Made by a program: the position numbers and the translations under genes
Origin: an uncultured virus (IMG/VR IMGVR_UViG_3300035668_000001)
Taxonomy: Duplodnaviria; Heunggongvirae; Uroviricota; Caudoviricetes
IMG/VR virus record: IMGVR_UViG_3300035668_000001
DNA length: 64,000 nt
Strand: one strand, 5' to 3'
The notes under the pieces: generated by a model
What the model was told of the DNA's origin: nothing
Seen by the model: only the letters and a program-made list of their open reading frames with translations
Databases searched by the model: none
Shown here: one piece after another, positions 9,504-19,222 of the stretch
Position numbering within the stretch: position 1 is the stretch's first letter
Layout: each line of letters begins with the position of its first letter

Positions 9504-10544
9504 ATGCCACTCCTCGACCAACAGCGCAAGTCGCAGCAGATCGGCCGCATCCGCATCGGCGTCAAGGTCACCACGCAGAACGGCAAGATCCGCCCGCAGA
9601 AGATCGACACGTTCCGCCTCACGACCGGGTCCCGGCACGCCGCAGACGCAGTCGCCGAACTCCTCGGCGGGACCGTCGCGGAGTGGGGCAAGCAGTGGGA
9701 GGTCATCACCGAGCGGGACACCCTGCTCGTCACCGTGCCGCCGCGGGACGGCGTCATCACCCAGTTCTACGAGATGTGGAACAAGGGCGGCTGCATCCGC
9801 CGCTGCGACTCGGTCCTCGAGCAGAAGTCGAACAAGCCGTGCATGTGCCCGTCCGACGGCATCCTGCGGTCCCAGCTCGCGAAGATGAACCCCCCGCAGG
9901 CGTGCAAGACGACGACCCGGCTGAACGTGATGATCCCCGACTTGCCCGGTTTGGGCGTGTGGCGGTTCGACACCGGCTCGTACTACGCGGCGCTCGAGAT
10001 GGGCGACATGGCGACGCTGTTGGAGACGGCCCGCGACAACGGGGTGTTCCTGCCCGCTGTGCTGCGCATCGACCAGAGGGAACGGATCTCCGACGGGAAC
10101 ACGACGCCGTACCCGGTCGTCGTCCTCGAGTCGACGGTGCCGTTCCGGGCGCTCGCGACAGGGGCACTCGCAGCGGGTGGGCTCGCCGCTCAGCTTCCCC
10201 CCGCCGCCGGCGACACCCTCAAGGCGATCACCGCTACGACTCCCCCCGCCCCCGCCCCCACGGCGGCATCTACGTCCCCGCACGCCGGGCCGGGACCGGA
10301 GGCACCGAACGCTCAGCAACTCGCGGACATGGCCGCCGCCGCGGTGAGTCGTGAGGAGATCCAACAGCTCGCGGCACTGTCCGAGCAGCACCTCCTCGCC
10401 GAGGACCACGTGTGCACCGACCAGGCCCGGGAGGTGTACGAGCCGCTTGACGAGTTCCTGCGCGACCGGTGGCGTCGGCTCCCGCGCACTGCGGACCTGA
10501 CCGACGACGACAGCGCGGAGCCGTCCGACGTGGGGGAGGAGTGA
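9504..10544 (+). CDS. Gp3-like / recombination directionality factor-like protein
   Basis: GRIRIG...KIDTFRLT, RRCDS, CKTTTRLNVMIPDLPGLGVWRFDTGS motifs; next to exonuclease. Confidence 0.7.
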   Translation: MPLLDQQRKSQQIGRIRIGVKVTTQNGKIRPQKIDTFRLTTGSRHAADAVAELLGGTVAEWGKQWEVITERDTLLVTVPPRDGVITQFYEMWNKGGCIRRCDSVLEQKSNKPCMCPSDGILRSQLAKMNPPQACKTTTRLNVMIPDLPGLGVWRFDTGSYYAALEMGDMATLLETARDNGVFLPAVLRIDQRERISDGNTTPYPVVVLESTVPFRALATGALAAGGLAAQLPPAAGDTLKAITATTPPAPAPTAASTSPHAGPGPEAPNAQQLADMAAAAVSREEIQQLAALSEQHLLAEDHVCTDQAREVYEPLDEFLRDRWRRLPRTADLTDDDSAEPSDVGEE

Positions 10545-10861
10545 TGCCCCGCCACACGCACCCCGTCGTCGAGCCGAAGAAGCGGCGGCACAACCGGCAC
10601 ATCGTGCCCGGCACCTGCCCCGCCGGGGGGAAGCCGGGCTTCACCACCTACGGCGCGGCCAACAAGGTCGTGCGCCGCGGCGGTGGTGGTGGCGGCGTCT
10701 ATTGGTGCACCGCGTGCGGCGCCTGGTCGTACACCCGCTACACGCAAGCCGAGTGGAACGCCTTGTCTGCGAAGCGGCTCCTGCTCGCCGAACAGTTCCA
10801 CCGGGGCCGCGCGGCCGCGTTGCGGCGTCGCGCCGCCGACACCCGAAAGGACGTTGCGTGA
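10544..10861 (+). CDS. Hypothetical Zn-finger protein
   Basis: CPAGGK...YWCTACGAW. Confidence 0.55.
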   Translation: MPRHTHPVVEPKKRRHNRHIVPGTCPAGGKPGFTTYGAANKVVRRGGGGGGVYWCTACGAWSYTRYTQAEWNALSAKRLLLAEQFHRGRAAALRRRAADTRKDVA

Positions 10862-11895
10862 TGGGCAAGACCGGGATCGAGTGGGTTCGCGGTGAAGACG
10901 GCTCCGATGGTGAGACGTGGAACCCGACCACCGGCTGCAACATCGTGTCCGAAGGGTGCCGCCTGTGCTACGCGATGACGCTGGCCAAGCGGCTGAAAGC
11001 GATGGAGCTGGCGCGCGGCACCCGGGACCCGAAGTACCAGCGTGACGGCGACCCCCGGACTTCCGGGCCCGGGTTCGGCCTGTCGATGCACCCGCACGTC
11101 CTCGCCACGCCGATGCACTGGCGCAAGCCGCGCAAGGTGTTCGTCGATTCGATGAGCGACCTGTTCCACAGCGAGGTCACCACCGACTTCATCACCCGCG
11201 TGTTCGCCGTCATGGCCGCGACCCCGCAACACACGTACCTGATCCTCACGAAGCGGCCCGGCCGGATGCGGTCGTTGCTGTCCTCGGCCGACTTCCAGCC
11301 CGCGGTCACCCGCGCCCTGCTCACGATGCCGGAGCTGAGCCGTGGCCGCTGGCCCGTCCCCGACGGCGGTGTCCCGTGGCCGTTGCCGAACGTGTGGCTC
11401 GGAACGAGCGTCGAGACGCAGAAGTGGGCCGACGTCAGGATCCCACTACTGATGCAGACCCCGGCCGCGGTCCGGTTCCTGTCCTGCGAACCACTCCTCG
11501 GCCCAGTGAACCTCCACCACGGCCACACGTACTGCCCAGACCACGACTTTGCGGGCGGGTTCTGCACAGGCCCCTGCCCGTCCAGGCGTAGCCCGGACTG
11601 GGTGATCGTCGGCGGCGAATCCGGCCACGGCGCGCGCCCCATGCACCCCGACTGGGCCCGCAGTCTCCGCGACCAATGCCAGGCCGCCAGCGTGCCGTTC
11701 TTGTTCAAACAGTGGGGTGAATGGGCCCCGAACGGCTACGTCGGCATCGGCTACAACCGACTCGACCACCTGTTCGTCGGCGACCCCGTCGACGAACACG
11801 GCTGCCGCACCCTCGTCGAGAAAGTCGGGAAGAAGCGGGCCGGCCGGGTGCTCGACGGCGTCGTGTGGGACGAGTCCCCGGTGGCGTCGGCATGA
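10861..11895 (+). CDS. DUF5131 (phage Gp37/Gp68) family protein
   Basis: TGIEW, TWNPTTGC...GCRLCYA, SMSDLFH, LTKRP, WVIVGGESG, FLFKQWG. Confidence 0.9.
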   Translation: MGKTGIEWVRGEDGSDGETWNPTTGCNIVSEGCRLCYAMTLAKRLKAMELARGTRDPKYQRDGDPRTSGPGFGLSMHPHVLATPMHWRKPRKVFVDSMSDLFHSEVTTDFITRVFAVMAATPQHTYLILTKRPGRMRSLLSSADFQPAVTRALLTMPELSRGRWPVPDGGVPWPLPNVWLGTSVETQKWADVRIPLLMQTPAAVRFLSCEPLLGPVNLHHGHTYCPDHDFAGGFCTGPCPSRRSPDWVIVGGESGHGARPMHPDWARSLRDQCQAASVPFLFKQWGEWAPNGYVGIGYNRLDHLFVGDPVDEHGCRTLVEKVGKKRAGRVLDGVVWDESPVASA

Positions 11896-13505
11896 CCGCG
11901 GCGACGCTCGGAGACGGCGACCTCACCGTCACCGACCAGTTCTGCGGCGCCGGCGGATCGTCGACCGGGGCGGCGCAGATTCCAGGCGTGCGTATCCGCA
12001 TGGCCGCGAACCACTGGAAGCTCGCCGTCGAGACACACAACCGCAACCACCCCGGCGCCGACCACGACTGCGCGGACATCAGCCAGGTCGACCCGCGCCG
12101 CTGGCCGCGCACGAACATCCTCATCACCTCGCCAGAGTGCACGAACCACTCCCAGGCGCAGGGCAAGAAGCGGAACACGGAGATGACCCCGGACATGTTC
12201 GGGGACACCCTGCCCGACGAGGCCGGGGAGCGGTCCCGGGCGACGATGTGGGACGTGCCGCGCTTCGCCGAGCGGCACCGCTACGACGCGATCATCGTCG
12301 AGAACGTCGTCGACGCATACAAGTGGCCGCTGTTCCCGGCGTGGGTACAGGCCATGACGCTGCTCGGCTACGACATGCGGATCGTGTACCTGAACTCGAT
12401 GCACGCGCACGCGATGGGCGCGCCCGCGCCGCAGTCCCGGGACCGCATGTACGTGGTGCTGTGGCGCAAGGGCAACCGGGCGCCGGACCTCGACAAGTGG
12501 ACCCGCCCGCGCGCCTACTGCCCGTCCTGTGGTGCGTGGGTACGGTCGATCCAGTCGTGGAAGAAGCCTGAGTGGCCGTGGGGCCGGTACCGGGCTCAGT
12601 ACGTCTACCGATGCCCGCACGCGTCCTGCCGTCACCAGGTCGTAGAGCCGCCGATCCTGCCCGCCGCGGCCGCGATCGACTGGACGGTACCCGGGCTGCG
12701 CATCGGGGACCGACCCAAGCCGTTGTCCCCCAAGACGCGCGCGCGGATCGAACGCGGCCTGACGAAGTACTCGCAGCCGATCCACCTGGACGTCGCCGGG
12801 AACACCTTCGAGCGACCCGGGTACACGCGGGCGTGGCCGGCGTTCGACCAGTCGCTCAAGACCTTGCACACCACCGAATCCAAGGGGCTCGCGTACGGGC
12901 CGGGGATGCTGGTGCCGGTAGAGGGCCGTGACGGCAAAGAAGCCGGGTCGGTCCTCGAACCGATGCGCACCCAGACGACGCGCGCCGAAACGGGCTGGGT
13001 GTGCCCGCCGTTCATCACCGAGCTGCGCGGCGGTGGGTCGAACGAACGCCCGGTCGACCAGGCGTTGGGCACGTTCACCTCGTCGGGCACCCACCACGGC
13101 TTGGTCGTGCCGATGCTCCCCCCGACCGTCGCCGACACCCCCGACGGCTGGGGCACTGCCGCGCTCTCTTCCGCTCCGGCCGACGTCCAAGCCTGGCTGT
13201 ACGGGTACGACACCGGCGTCCTCCGGTCGGTCGCCGACGTCCTGCCGACGCAGACCACAGTGCAGGGCGATGCCCTCTTGTCCCGGCTGCTCGACGTCGC
13301 TGCCGCCGAAGTCGACGACTGCCTGTTCCGGATGCTGTTCCCGGCCGAGATCCAGGCGGGCATGGCGTTCCCCAGCTCGTACGAAGTCCTCGGCAACAAG
13401 CGGGAGCAGGTCCGCCTACTGGGGAACGCCGTGACCCCGCCGGCGATGCGGGACCTGATCGCCGCCGTCGCCGAATCCTTGGGCGCCGTGGTGGCCACGG
13501 CATGA
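11892..13505 (+). CDS. DNA (cytosine-5) methyltransferase
   Basis: DQFCGAGG (motif I), SPECTNHS (IV), ENV (VI), QSRDR (VIII), LGNAV (X). Confidence 0.9.
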   Translation: MTAATLGDGDLTVTDQFCGAGGSSTGAAQIPGVRIRMAANHWKLAVETHNRNHPGADHDCADISQVDPRRWPRTNILITSPECTNHSQAQGKKRNTEMTPDMFGDTLPDEAGERSRATMWDVPRFAERHRYDAIIVENVVDAYKWPLFPAWVQAMTLLGYDMRIVYLNSMHAHAMGAPAPQSRDRMYVVLWRKGNRAPDLDKWTRPRAYCPSCGAWVRSIQSWKKPEWPWGRYRAQYVYRCPHASCRHQVVEPPILPAAAAIDWTVPGLRIGDRPKPLSPKTRARIERGLTKYSQPIHLDVAGNTFERPGYTRAWPAFDQSLKTLHTTESKGLAYGPGMLVPVEGRDGKEAGSVLEPMRTQTTRAETGWVCPPFITELRGGGSNERPVDQALGTFTSSGTHHGLVVPMLPPTVADTPDGWGTAALSSAPADVQAWLYGYDTGVLRSVADVLPTQTTVQGDALLSRLLDVAAAEVDDCLFRMLFPAEIQAGMAFPSSYEVLGNKREQVRLLGNAVTPPAMRDLIAAVAESLGAVVATA

Positions 13506-14368
13506 TCTACGACTTGTTCGCCGGGGCGGGTGGTGTCGACGAGGGCCTCCGCATGATCGGCCGCGCCGACACCTTCGGCATCGAATGGGACCGGGCCGCG
13601 TGTGCCACCGCGGTCGCCGCAGGGCACGCCCGGCTGTGGGCCGACGTCGCCGCACTCGACCCGAAGGTGGTCGCCGACGCGTACGGGTGGCCCGACGGGA
13701 TGTGGCTGTCCACGCCGTGTCAGCCGTTCTCCCCCGCCGGGGACCGCGGCGGCGTCGACGACCCGCGCGGTCAGCTCATCCTCGAGCCGGCCCGGTGGGC
13801 CCGCGTGCTGCGTCCAGCGTGGATCGTCGTCGAGAACGTCCCCGACGCGCTGCCGCACATGATGCGCCACGTCGCCATCCCGCTGCGAGAACTCGGATAC
13901 GGCATCCGCGTCGGGATCCTCAGCGCCGCCGACTTCGGTGTCCCCCAGACGCGGGAACGGGCGTTCCTCATCGCTGCCCTCGGTGAAGGCAGGGCTCCGT
14001 GGCCGAATCCGACACATGCACGGCACGGCCCCGGCCTGTTCCACGACCACCACCCGTGGGTCGCGGTCCGGGACGTCCTCGACCCACCCGGCCCGTACAT
14101 GGTCGGCGCCGGGCTCACCGGTGAAGGCGCCCCCCGTCCCGTGCACCTGCCCGCACCGACCGTGACCACGAAGGGCACCGCGTACTGGTCCACCGGCCGG
14201 CGGCTCACCGTCGCCGAACTCGCCGCGCTACAAGGCTTCCGCCCCGACTACCCGTGGCACGGCACCTCCCCGGAGCAGTACCGGCAGGTCGGAGACGCCG
14301 TCCCCCCGCTACTCGCCGCCCACGTGTGCGCCGCCGCCCTCCGCCTCGACACGGGCTTGGCCGCATGA
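13502..14368 (+). CDS. DNA (cytosine-5) methyltransferase (second, compact)
   Basis: DLFAGAGG, TPCQPFS, ENV, PQTRER, QGF, QVGDAVPP. Confidence 0.9.
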   Translation: MIYDLFAGAGGVDEGLRMIGRADTFGIEWDRAACATAVAAGHARLWADVAALDPKVVADAYGWPDGMWLSTPCQPFSPAGDRGGVDDPRGQLILEPARWARVLRPAWIVVENVPDALPHMMRHVAIPLRELGYGIRVGILSAADFGVPQTRERAFLIAALGEGRAPWPNPTHARHGPGLFHDHHPWVAVRDVLDPPGPYMVGAGLTGEGAPRPVHLPAPTVTTKGTAYWSTGRRLTVAELAALQGFRPDYPWHGTSPEQYRQVGDAVPPLLAAHVCAAALRLDTGLAA

Positions 14369-14718
14369 CCACCGCCGACGACGTCCTCGACGTGCTCACC
14401 GGCTACCGGTACACGCACGGCGACGAAGACGGCCTGCAAGCCGCCCTCGCCGCTGCCCTCACCGCCGCCGGGTACCCGGTCCGGCGGGAAGTCGTCCTGT
14501 CCCCCGCCGACCGTATCGACCTCCTCGTCGACCGGGTCGGCGTCGAAGTGAAAGTCGCCGGGACGTTCACGTCGGTCGCCGGACAGATGATCCGGTACGC
14601 CCGCAGCGACCTGGTCGACGAGCTGGTGCTCGTCACCACCGTCCCGGCCCACGACATGCCCAGCACCCTCGGCGGGAAGCCGCTACGCACCTTGCACCTG
14701 TGGGGGGCGTGGCTGTGA
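14365..14718 (+). CDS. Small PD-(D/E)XK-like nuclease-fold protein
   Basis: REV...RIDLLVDRVGVEVK...QMIRYA. Confidence 0.6.
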   Translation: MTTADDVLDVLTGYRYTHGDEDGLQAALAAALTAAGYPVRREVVLSPADRIDLLVDRVGVEVKVAGTFTSVAGQMIRYARSDLVDELVLVTTVPAHDMPSTLGGKPLRTLHLWGAWL

Positions 14719-16472
14719 CCGCCGAGAAGACGTACGGCGCCCTCGTCTACTACCCACCCGAAGGGCAGGCCCGCCGCGGCCGGTACGGCGTCAGCGCGAC
14801 CCCGCCGGTCATCATGCGGATCAAGAGCTTCTTGCCCCGGGTCGACGTCAGCAACCGCGGGTCACTGTTCGTCGCCGACACCCCAGAGGTGGCCCGCGAC
14901 CTCGAGCTGATGTGCCTTCGCTGGCCGCTGCTCATGGACGACCTCACCGCAGCCACACTCGAGGCCGGGGCGAAGCTGCATCGCGCCAACGAAGTGGCGG
15001 TGGCGCGCATCCTCGCCGGGCACGCCGTAGACCGGGGCGCCGTGTGGCGGGTGCCGGCGATGAAGCCACGCGAATACCAGCAGCAGGCCGCGGACCTGAT
15101 CGCCGTCGTGAACCGACTGTTGATCACCGACAGCCTCGGGTTGGGCAAGACACTAGAAGGCGTGTTGACGTTCCGCGACCCTCAGGCCCTCCCCGCCGCC
15201 CTCGTCTGCCAGACCCATCTGCCACCGCAGATGCAGCGGGAGATCGCGAAGGTGTGGCCCGACCTCAAGACCCACATCGCGCGCAAAGGCAAGCCGTACG
15301 ACATGACCCGCTTCGGCGGTGAGCCGGACGTGCTGATCCTGAACTACGCGAAGCTCCCGGGGTGGCAGCACGAGCTCGCCGGGTGGGCACAGACCGTCAT
15401 CTTCGACGAGATCCAAGAGCTACGCCGTGGCGAGACGTCCGACAAAGGCAAGGCGGCGGCGAACATCGCCGCGAACGCCCTGTACGCGATCGGGCTCACC
15501 AACACCCCCGTCTACAACTACGGCAACGAGATCTGGGAGATCATCAACATCCTCATCCCGGGGGCGCTCGGGGACAAAGAGGAGTTCGCCCGCGAATGGA
15601 AGGGGGCGCGCACCGCCGCCGGTCACATAAAGCTCGCCGACCCGGCGGCCCTCGCGACCCACCTCCGCGACGCCGGGCACATGCTCGGCCGGACCCGCGA
15701 GCAGGTCGGCCGGGAACTGCCGTACGGCGAACCGGTCCGGGTTCCGCACTTCGTCGACTCCGACCCGAAGGCGCTCGACGAACTCAGCGGCGACTCGATC
15801 GAACTCGCGAAGCTGATCCTCTCGAAGGGCACCGGGCGGGCCGAGCGGTTCAACATCGCCGGACAGCTCGACTCGCAGATGCGGCAGGCGACCGGCATCG
15901 CGAAGGCCCCGTACGTCGCCGAGTTCGTCAAGATGCTCCTCGACGGCGGTGAACAACGGATCATCTTGTGGGGCTGGCACCGCAGCGTGTACGGCATCTG
16001 GCGTGAGCGTCTCGACGCCTACTGGCCGGTCATGTACACGGGCAGTGAGTCGCCGAAGCAGAAGGAGAGCTCGATCCGTGCCTTCACCGAAGGGGACGCC
16101 CGGGTTCTGATCATGTCACTGCGGTCCGGCGCCGGGATCGACGGCTTGCAGGGCTACTGCAAGACCGGTGTGTTCGGTGAACTCGACTGGTCCCCGCAGG
16201 TCCACAAGCAAGACCTCGGCCGACTGGCCCGGGACGGGCAGATGCACGAGGTCACCGGCTACTTCATGGTCAGTGACCACGGCTCGGACCCGACGATCGC
16301 CCGCGTCCTCGGGGTCAAGCATCACCAGGGGGCCCCGTTCGAGGACCCCGCCGCCGCCACCATCCTGGCGCCGCTTTCCGACGACACGACCGGGCGGGCG
16401 CGGATGCTCGCCGAGGACTTGTTCCGCCGGCGCGGCATCCCCATCCCCATCACGGACGGAGCGAACACGTGA
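14715..16472 (+). CDS. SNF2-family DNA helicase
   Basis: REYQ, DSLGLGKT, FDEIQ, LTNTP, GIDGLQ, GRLARDGQ. Confidence 0.85.
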   Translation: MTAEKTYGALVYYPPEGQARRGRYGVSATPPVIMRIKSFLPRVDVSNRGSLFVADTPEVARDLELMCLRWPLLMDDLTAATLEAGAKLHRANEVAVARILAGHAVDRGAVWRVPAMKPREYQQQAADLIAVVNRLLITDSLGLGKTLEGVLTFRDPQALPAALVCQTHLPPQMQREIAKVWPDLKTHIARKGKPYDMTRFGGEPDVLILNYAKLPGWQHELAGWAQTVIFDEIQELRRGETSDKGKAAANIAANALYAIGLTNTPVYNYGNEIWEIINILIPGALGDKEEFAREWKGARTAAGHIKLADPAALATHLRDAGHMLGRTREQVGRELPYGEPVRVPHFVDSDPKALDELSGDSIELAKLILSKGTGRAERFNIAGQLDSQMRQATGIAKAPYVAEFVKMLLDGGEQRIILWGWHRSVYGIWRERLDAYWPVMYTGSESPKQKESSIRAFTEGDARVLIMSLRSGAGIDGLQGYCKTGVFGELDWSPQVHKQDLGRLARDGQMHEVTGYFMVSDHGSDPTIARVLGVKHHQGAPFEDPAAATILAPLSDDTTGRARMLAEDLFRRRGIPIPITDGANT

Positions 16473-16888
16473 CCGACCCCCCCGCACCCACACCAACCTC
16501 GCCGGACCACGTCCCCCCGCAAGCGGTGGCGGCCGCGGTGGTCGCCGTCGTCGACGTGTTCCCCGACGACACGTGGCGAGCCGCACCGTTGGCCGACGTC
16601 ATCGGCGTCACCCTCGGCGTCGTGTTCGAACCCGTCGCAGAGGAGCCGGTGCTGTTGTCCATCGAGGACATCGCCGACCGGCTGGCCGAGGCGTCCCACT
16701 TCGTCCGGTACGAAGAAGGAGGGGCACTGCTCCTCGTGGCTCCGGCGAACGTCGACAACGCCTACCAGCACGCGGCCGCCTACGCGGCCGCCTACGGCGA
16801 CCCCCGCGACGAGCAGCGGGTACGCGGGTACGCCGCCGCCCTCCACGGCTGGCACCGGCAACGCACCCCCACAGGACACGACACATGA
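16469..16888 (+). CDS. Hypothetical protein
   Basis: GTGA-coupled to helicase. Confidence 0.55.
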   Translation: MTDPPAPTPTSPDHVPPQAVAAAVVAVVDVFPDDTWRAAPLADVIGVTLGVVFEPVAEEPVLLSIEDIADRLAEASHFVRYEEGGALLLVAPANVDNAYQHAAAYAAAYGDPRDEQRVRGYAAALHGWHRQRTPTGHDT

Positions 16889-16947
16889 CCTGTGGGTAAC
16901 CGGACAACCAAGCGTGATCTGGGAGTAACGTTCGTTGCCGAAGCCGA

Positions 16948-16965
16948 CGTCTGAGCGACCGGACG
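16948..16965 (+). promoter_or_regulatory. AGCGAC-loop hairpin
   Basis: CGTCTG-AGCGAC-CGGACG (one G-U pair), intergenic. Confidence 0.55.
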
Positions 16966-17184
16966 CCCGGCAGACCCTGAATCTCCGTGCTGTGGTCCGA
17001 GACGCAAGGCGTGAGCCCGTTGCAGGCTCCGTCAATGCCCCGGACCGGGAAGGCGTCCCCGATGACGGCCCCCCTTCACGCCGCCACCTTGACACGCCGG
17101 TGGCGCACCACCTCCCACCGCCGCGGTGTGCTGTGCGGAACACTGCACACCGTTCAACCGTGCGGAGAAGGAGAGGGGTCAGCC

Positions 17185-17352
17185 ATGCCGAATGTCCGCG
17201 GGGTACTGAGCCGTGAGATCCGGACCCGGGTGACCGACGACGAGGCGGCCGAGTGGAACCAACTGGTCCCGCCGCGCGAGCGTGCCGCCAGAATCCGCCG
17301 GTTGCTCCGCGAAGAGATGGACCGAATCCGGGAGGGGCGCACCGCCGCGTGA
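17185..17352 (+). CDS. Small ribbon-helix-helix-like DNA-binding protein
   Basis: Purine-rich RBS; EIRTRVTDDEAAEW...RAARIRRLLREEM pattern. Confidence 0.55.
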   Translation: MPNVRGVLSREIRTRVTDDEAAEWNQLVPPRERAARIRRLLREEMDRIREGRTAA

Positions 17353-17515
17353 ACTAGCTGGGGTCGGCAGCCCCGCGACAACTCCACATATGACGAAGCC
17401 CCGGCTGGCAGGCCAGGGCGTTCGTCCACACATCTAACTCAGGAGCTCCACTCGTGAGTGTACTAGATTATGCCCTGGCGCGTCTGCGCTCGGCCGAAAA
17501 CATCGGCGTGTCGAA

Positions 17516-19174
17516 ATGACGACCGCCACCGTCGAGCTGTACGCCGACATCCTCGCCCGCGCCGAAGACCACGCCGTCTGGCGGGTCCTCCGCCGACTCT
17601 TCTGGATGGTGTCCGACGACGGCACCCTCCACCGCCCACCCCGCAACGCCGAGCTCGCCGAACTGGCCGGGGTGTCCGCCCGATCCGTCACCCGTGCCCG
17701 CGCACTACTCCGCGAAACCGAAGGCGTCGAGTACATCCCCCACCACCGGTACGACCCGCCCCGATACCGGTTCCTCCGCCACCCGCAGGGTCGCCACGAG
17801 GGTCGCCGCCAGGGTCGCCACACACGCGCGTTCCAGGTTTTGAACGAGTGCAACGACCACATAGACGCGCTCGCGACCGACGTCGCACGCCGGCGGCGGG
17901 AAGCCGTTCCCGGCAGTCCGTGGAACGAGGCAGGGATCAGCGCCTGCCTTCGGCGCGCCGTCGCCCTTGGCGTCGGGCCCGAACGGCTCCGCCTCATCGC
18001 CTTCGACGCCGCCTCCGACCCCAACGTGAAGACCCCCGGCGTCATCGCCGCCGACGGATTCCGTCAACGTGTCACCCCCACCCCGCGCCACACCCCACCC
18101 CCGGCCAGTCCACCCGCCGGGCGCATCACCGCCGACGAGTTCGCCCGCCTCAAGCCCGCCGACCAAGCCCGACTCGTCCGCCTCGGCCTCGCCCCCGTTA
18201 CCTACGAGTCACCGGCGCCTGTGCCGGTGACCGATCGGGAACCGGGGGCGGCCGGGGACGGTAGTGCCAGTCCAGAGGTAGACCCGCGCGTGAGCGACCA
18301 CGCGCTACCCGATCTCGTGGAGGACCCGTGTATCCCGTCCCTGAGTGCGCCGCCCCCGGATCCCGGTGGTGGGACGCCGCTCGGCACGTCTGCGCCGTCG
18401 TGTCGTGCGCCTTCCGCGGGCGGCACGTCCCGGCCCCGTGCCAGTGCGCGCACCACACCGACACGCGCACGCTCGTCCAGGCCCCCACTTCCTGTGTCCG
18501 ATGCGGACGCCCGCTGCTCCGTCTCGTGCCGCAGTGATCAAGCGACGCGTCCCGCTCGAACGGGGCGCCGGCCCGGCCCGGAGGACGCCGTTGGCGGTGA
18601 CGTCGCCACTGCGCGCGCGGCCGATGCCCGCGTGTCGGGAGGATGGTTGCGCGCGCGCGGCGACGACACGGAAGCGTGGTCTGTGCGCGCGGCACGACCG
18701 GCCGGCGCGCGCAACGGTGCGCGTGACGGTGCGCACGGCGGTGCGCACGGCGGGGATCCCGGCGCCGATCCGCGCGCTCGTGCTGGTGCGCGCGGCCGGG
18801 CTGTGCGAGGGATGCGGCGGCCTGCTGGACGACACGGGCACACATCTGCATCACCGGATCCGGCGCCGCGACGGCGGGCACACCCTCGACAACCTGGTGG
18901 CGTTGCACCCGCTGTGTCACGTCCTGGGCCCGCTGGCCGTGCACGAGCGGACGAAGTGGGCGCGCGCGCGGGGGTTGACGGTGCGCGTGGCCGCCGACGT
19001 GTCAGCGGCGCCGCTGATCCTGCCGTCGGGGCAGGTCGTGTTGTTGGACTCGCACCGGCCGGTGTACATCGCCGCGGCGTGAAGGTCTCGATCACGGGAC
19101 GCCTCACGGGCATCCTGGGACGGTTCTGTGCGCTACGCGCGTCAGGGCAAGGACACCCCCCATTTAGGGTGTAG
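17516..19174 (+). CDS. HTH protein, possible replication initiator (true 3' end uncertain)
   Basis: NAELAELAGVSARSVTRARALL HTH; after about 18230 the frame is low complexity and overlaps two better genes. Confidence 0.5.
   Translation: MTTATVELYADILARAEDHAVWRVLRRLFWMVSDDGTLHRPPRNAELAELAGVSARSVTRARALLRETEGVEYIPHHRYDPPRYRFLRHPQGRHEGRRQGRHTRAFQVLNECNDHIDALATDVARRRREAVPGSPWNEAGISACLRRAVALGVGPERLRLIAFDAASDPNVKTPGVIAADGFRQRVTPTPRHTPPPASPPAGRITADEFARLKPADQARLVRLGLAPVTYESPAPVPVTDREPGAAGDGSASPEVDPRVSDHALPDLVEDPCIPSLSAPPPDPGGGTPLGTSAPSCRAPSAGGTSRPRASARTTPTRARSSRPPLPVSDADARCSVSCRSDQATRPARTGRRPGPEDAVGGDVATARAADARVSGGWLRARGDDTEAWSVRAARPAGARNGARDGAHGGAHGGDPGADPRARAGARGRAVRGMRRPAGRHGHTSASPDPAPRRRAHPRQPGGVAPAVSRPGPAGRARADEVGARAGVDGARGRRRVSGAADPAVGAGRVVGLAPAGVHRRGVKVSITGRLTGILGRFCALRASGQGHPPFRV
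17787..17819 (+). repeat. 3 x AGGGTCGCC direct repeat, 12-bp period
   Basis: Copies at 17787, 17799, 17811. Confidence 0.75.
18286..18305 (+). promoter_or_regulatory. AGCGAC-loop hairpin
   Basis: GCGCGTG-AGCGAC-CACGCGC, upstream of GGAGG RBS and GTG 18328. Confidence 0.65.
18328..18537 (+). CDS. Small Cys-rich protein
   Basis: GGAGG RBS, CQCAHH and CVRC motifs, GTGA overlap with HNH gene. Confidence 0.5.
   Translation: MYPVPECAAPGSRWWDAARHVCAVVSCAFRGRHVPAPCQCAHHTDTRTLVQAPTSCVRCGRPLLRLVPQ
18534..19082 (+). CDS. HNH endonuclease
   Basis: CEGCG...HLHHRIRRRDGGHTLDNLVALHPLCH. Confidence 0.8.
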   Translation: MIKRRVPLERGAGPARRTPLAVTSPLRARPMPACREDGCARAATTRKRGLCARHDRPARATVRVTVRTAVRTAGIPAPIRALVLVRAAGLCEGCGGLLDDTGTHLHHRIRRRDGGHTLDNLVALHPLCHVLGPLAVHERTKWARARGLTVRVAADVSAAPLILPSGQVVLLDSHRPVYIAAA

Positions 19175-19222
19175 TGTTCGGCGCGCTGCACTCCACGACT
19201 CACGTCCCCCCGGAGGGTTCCC

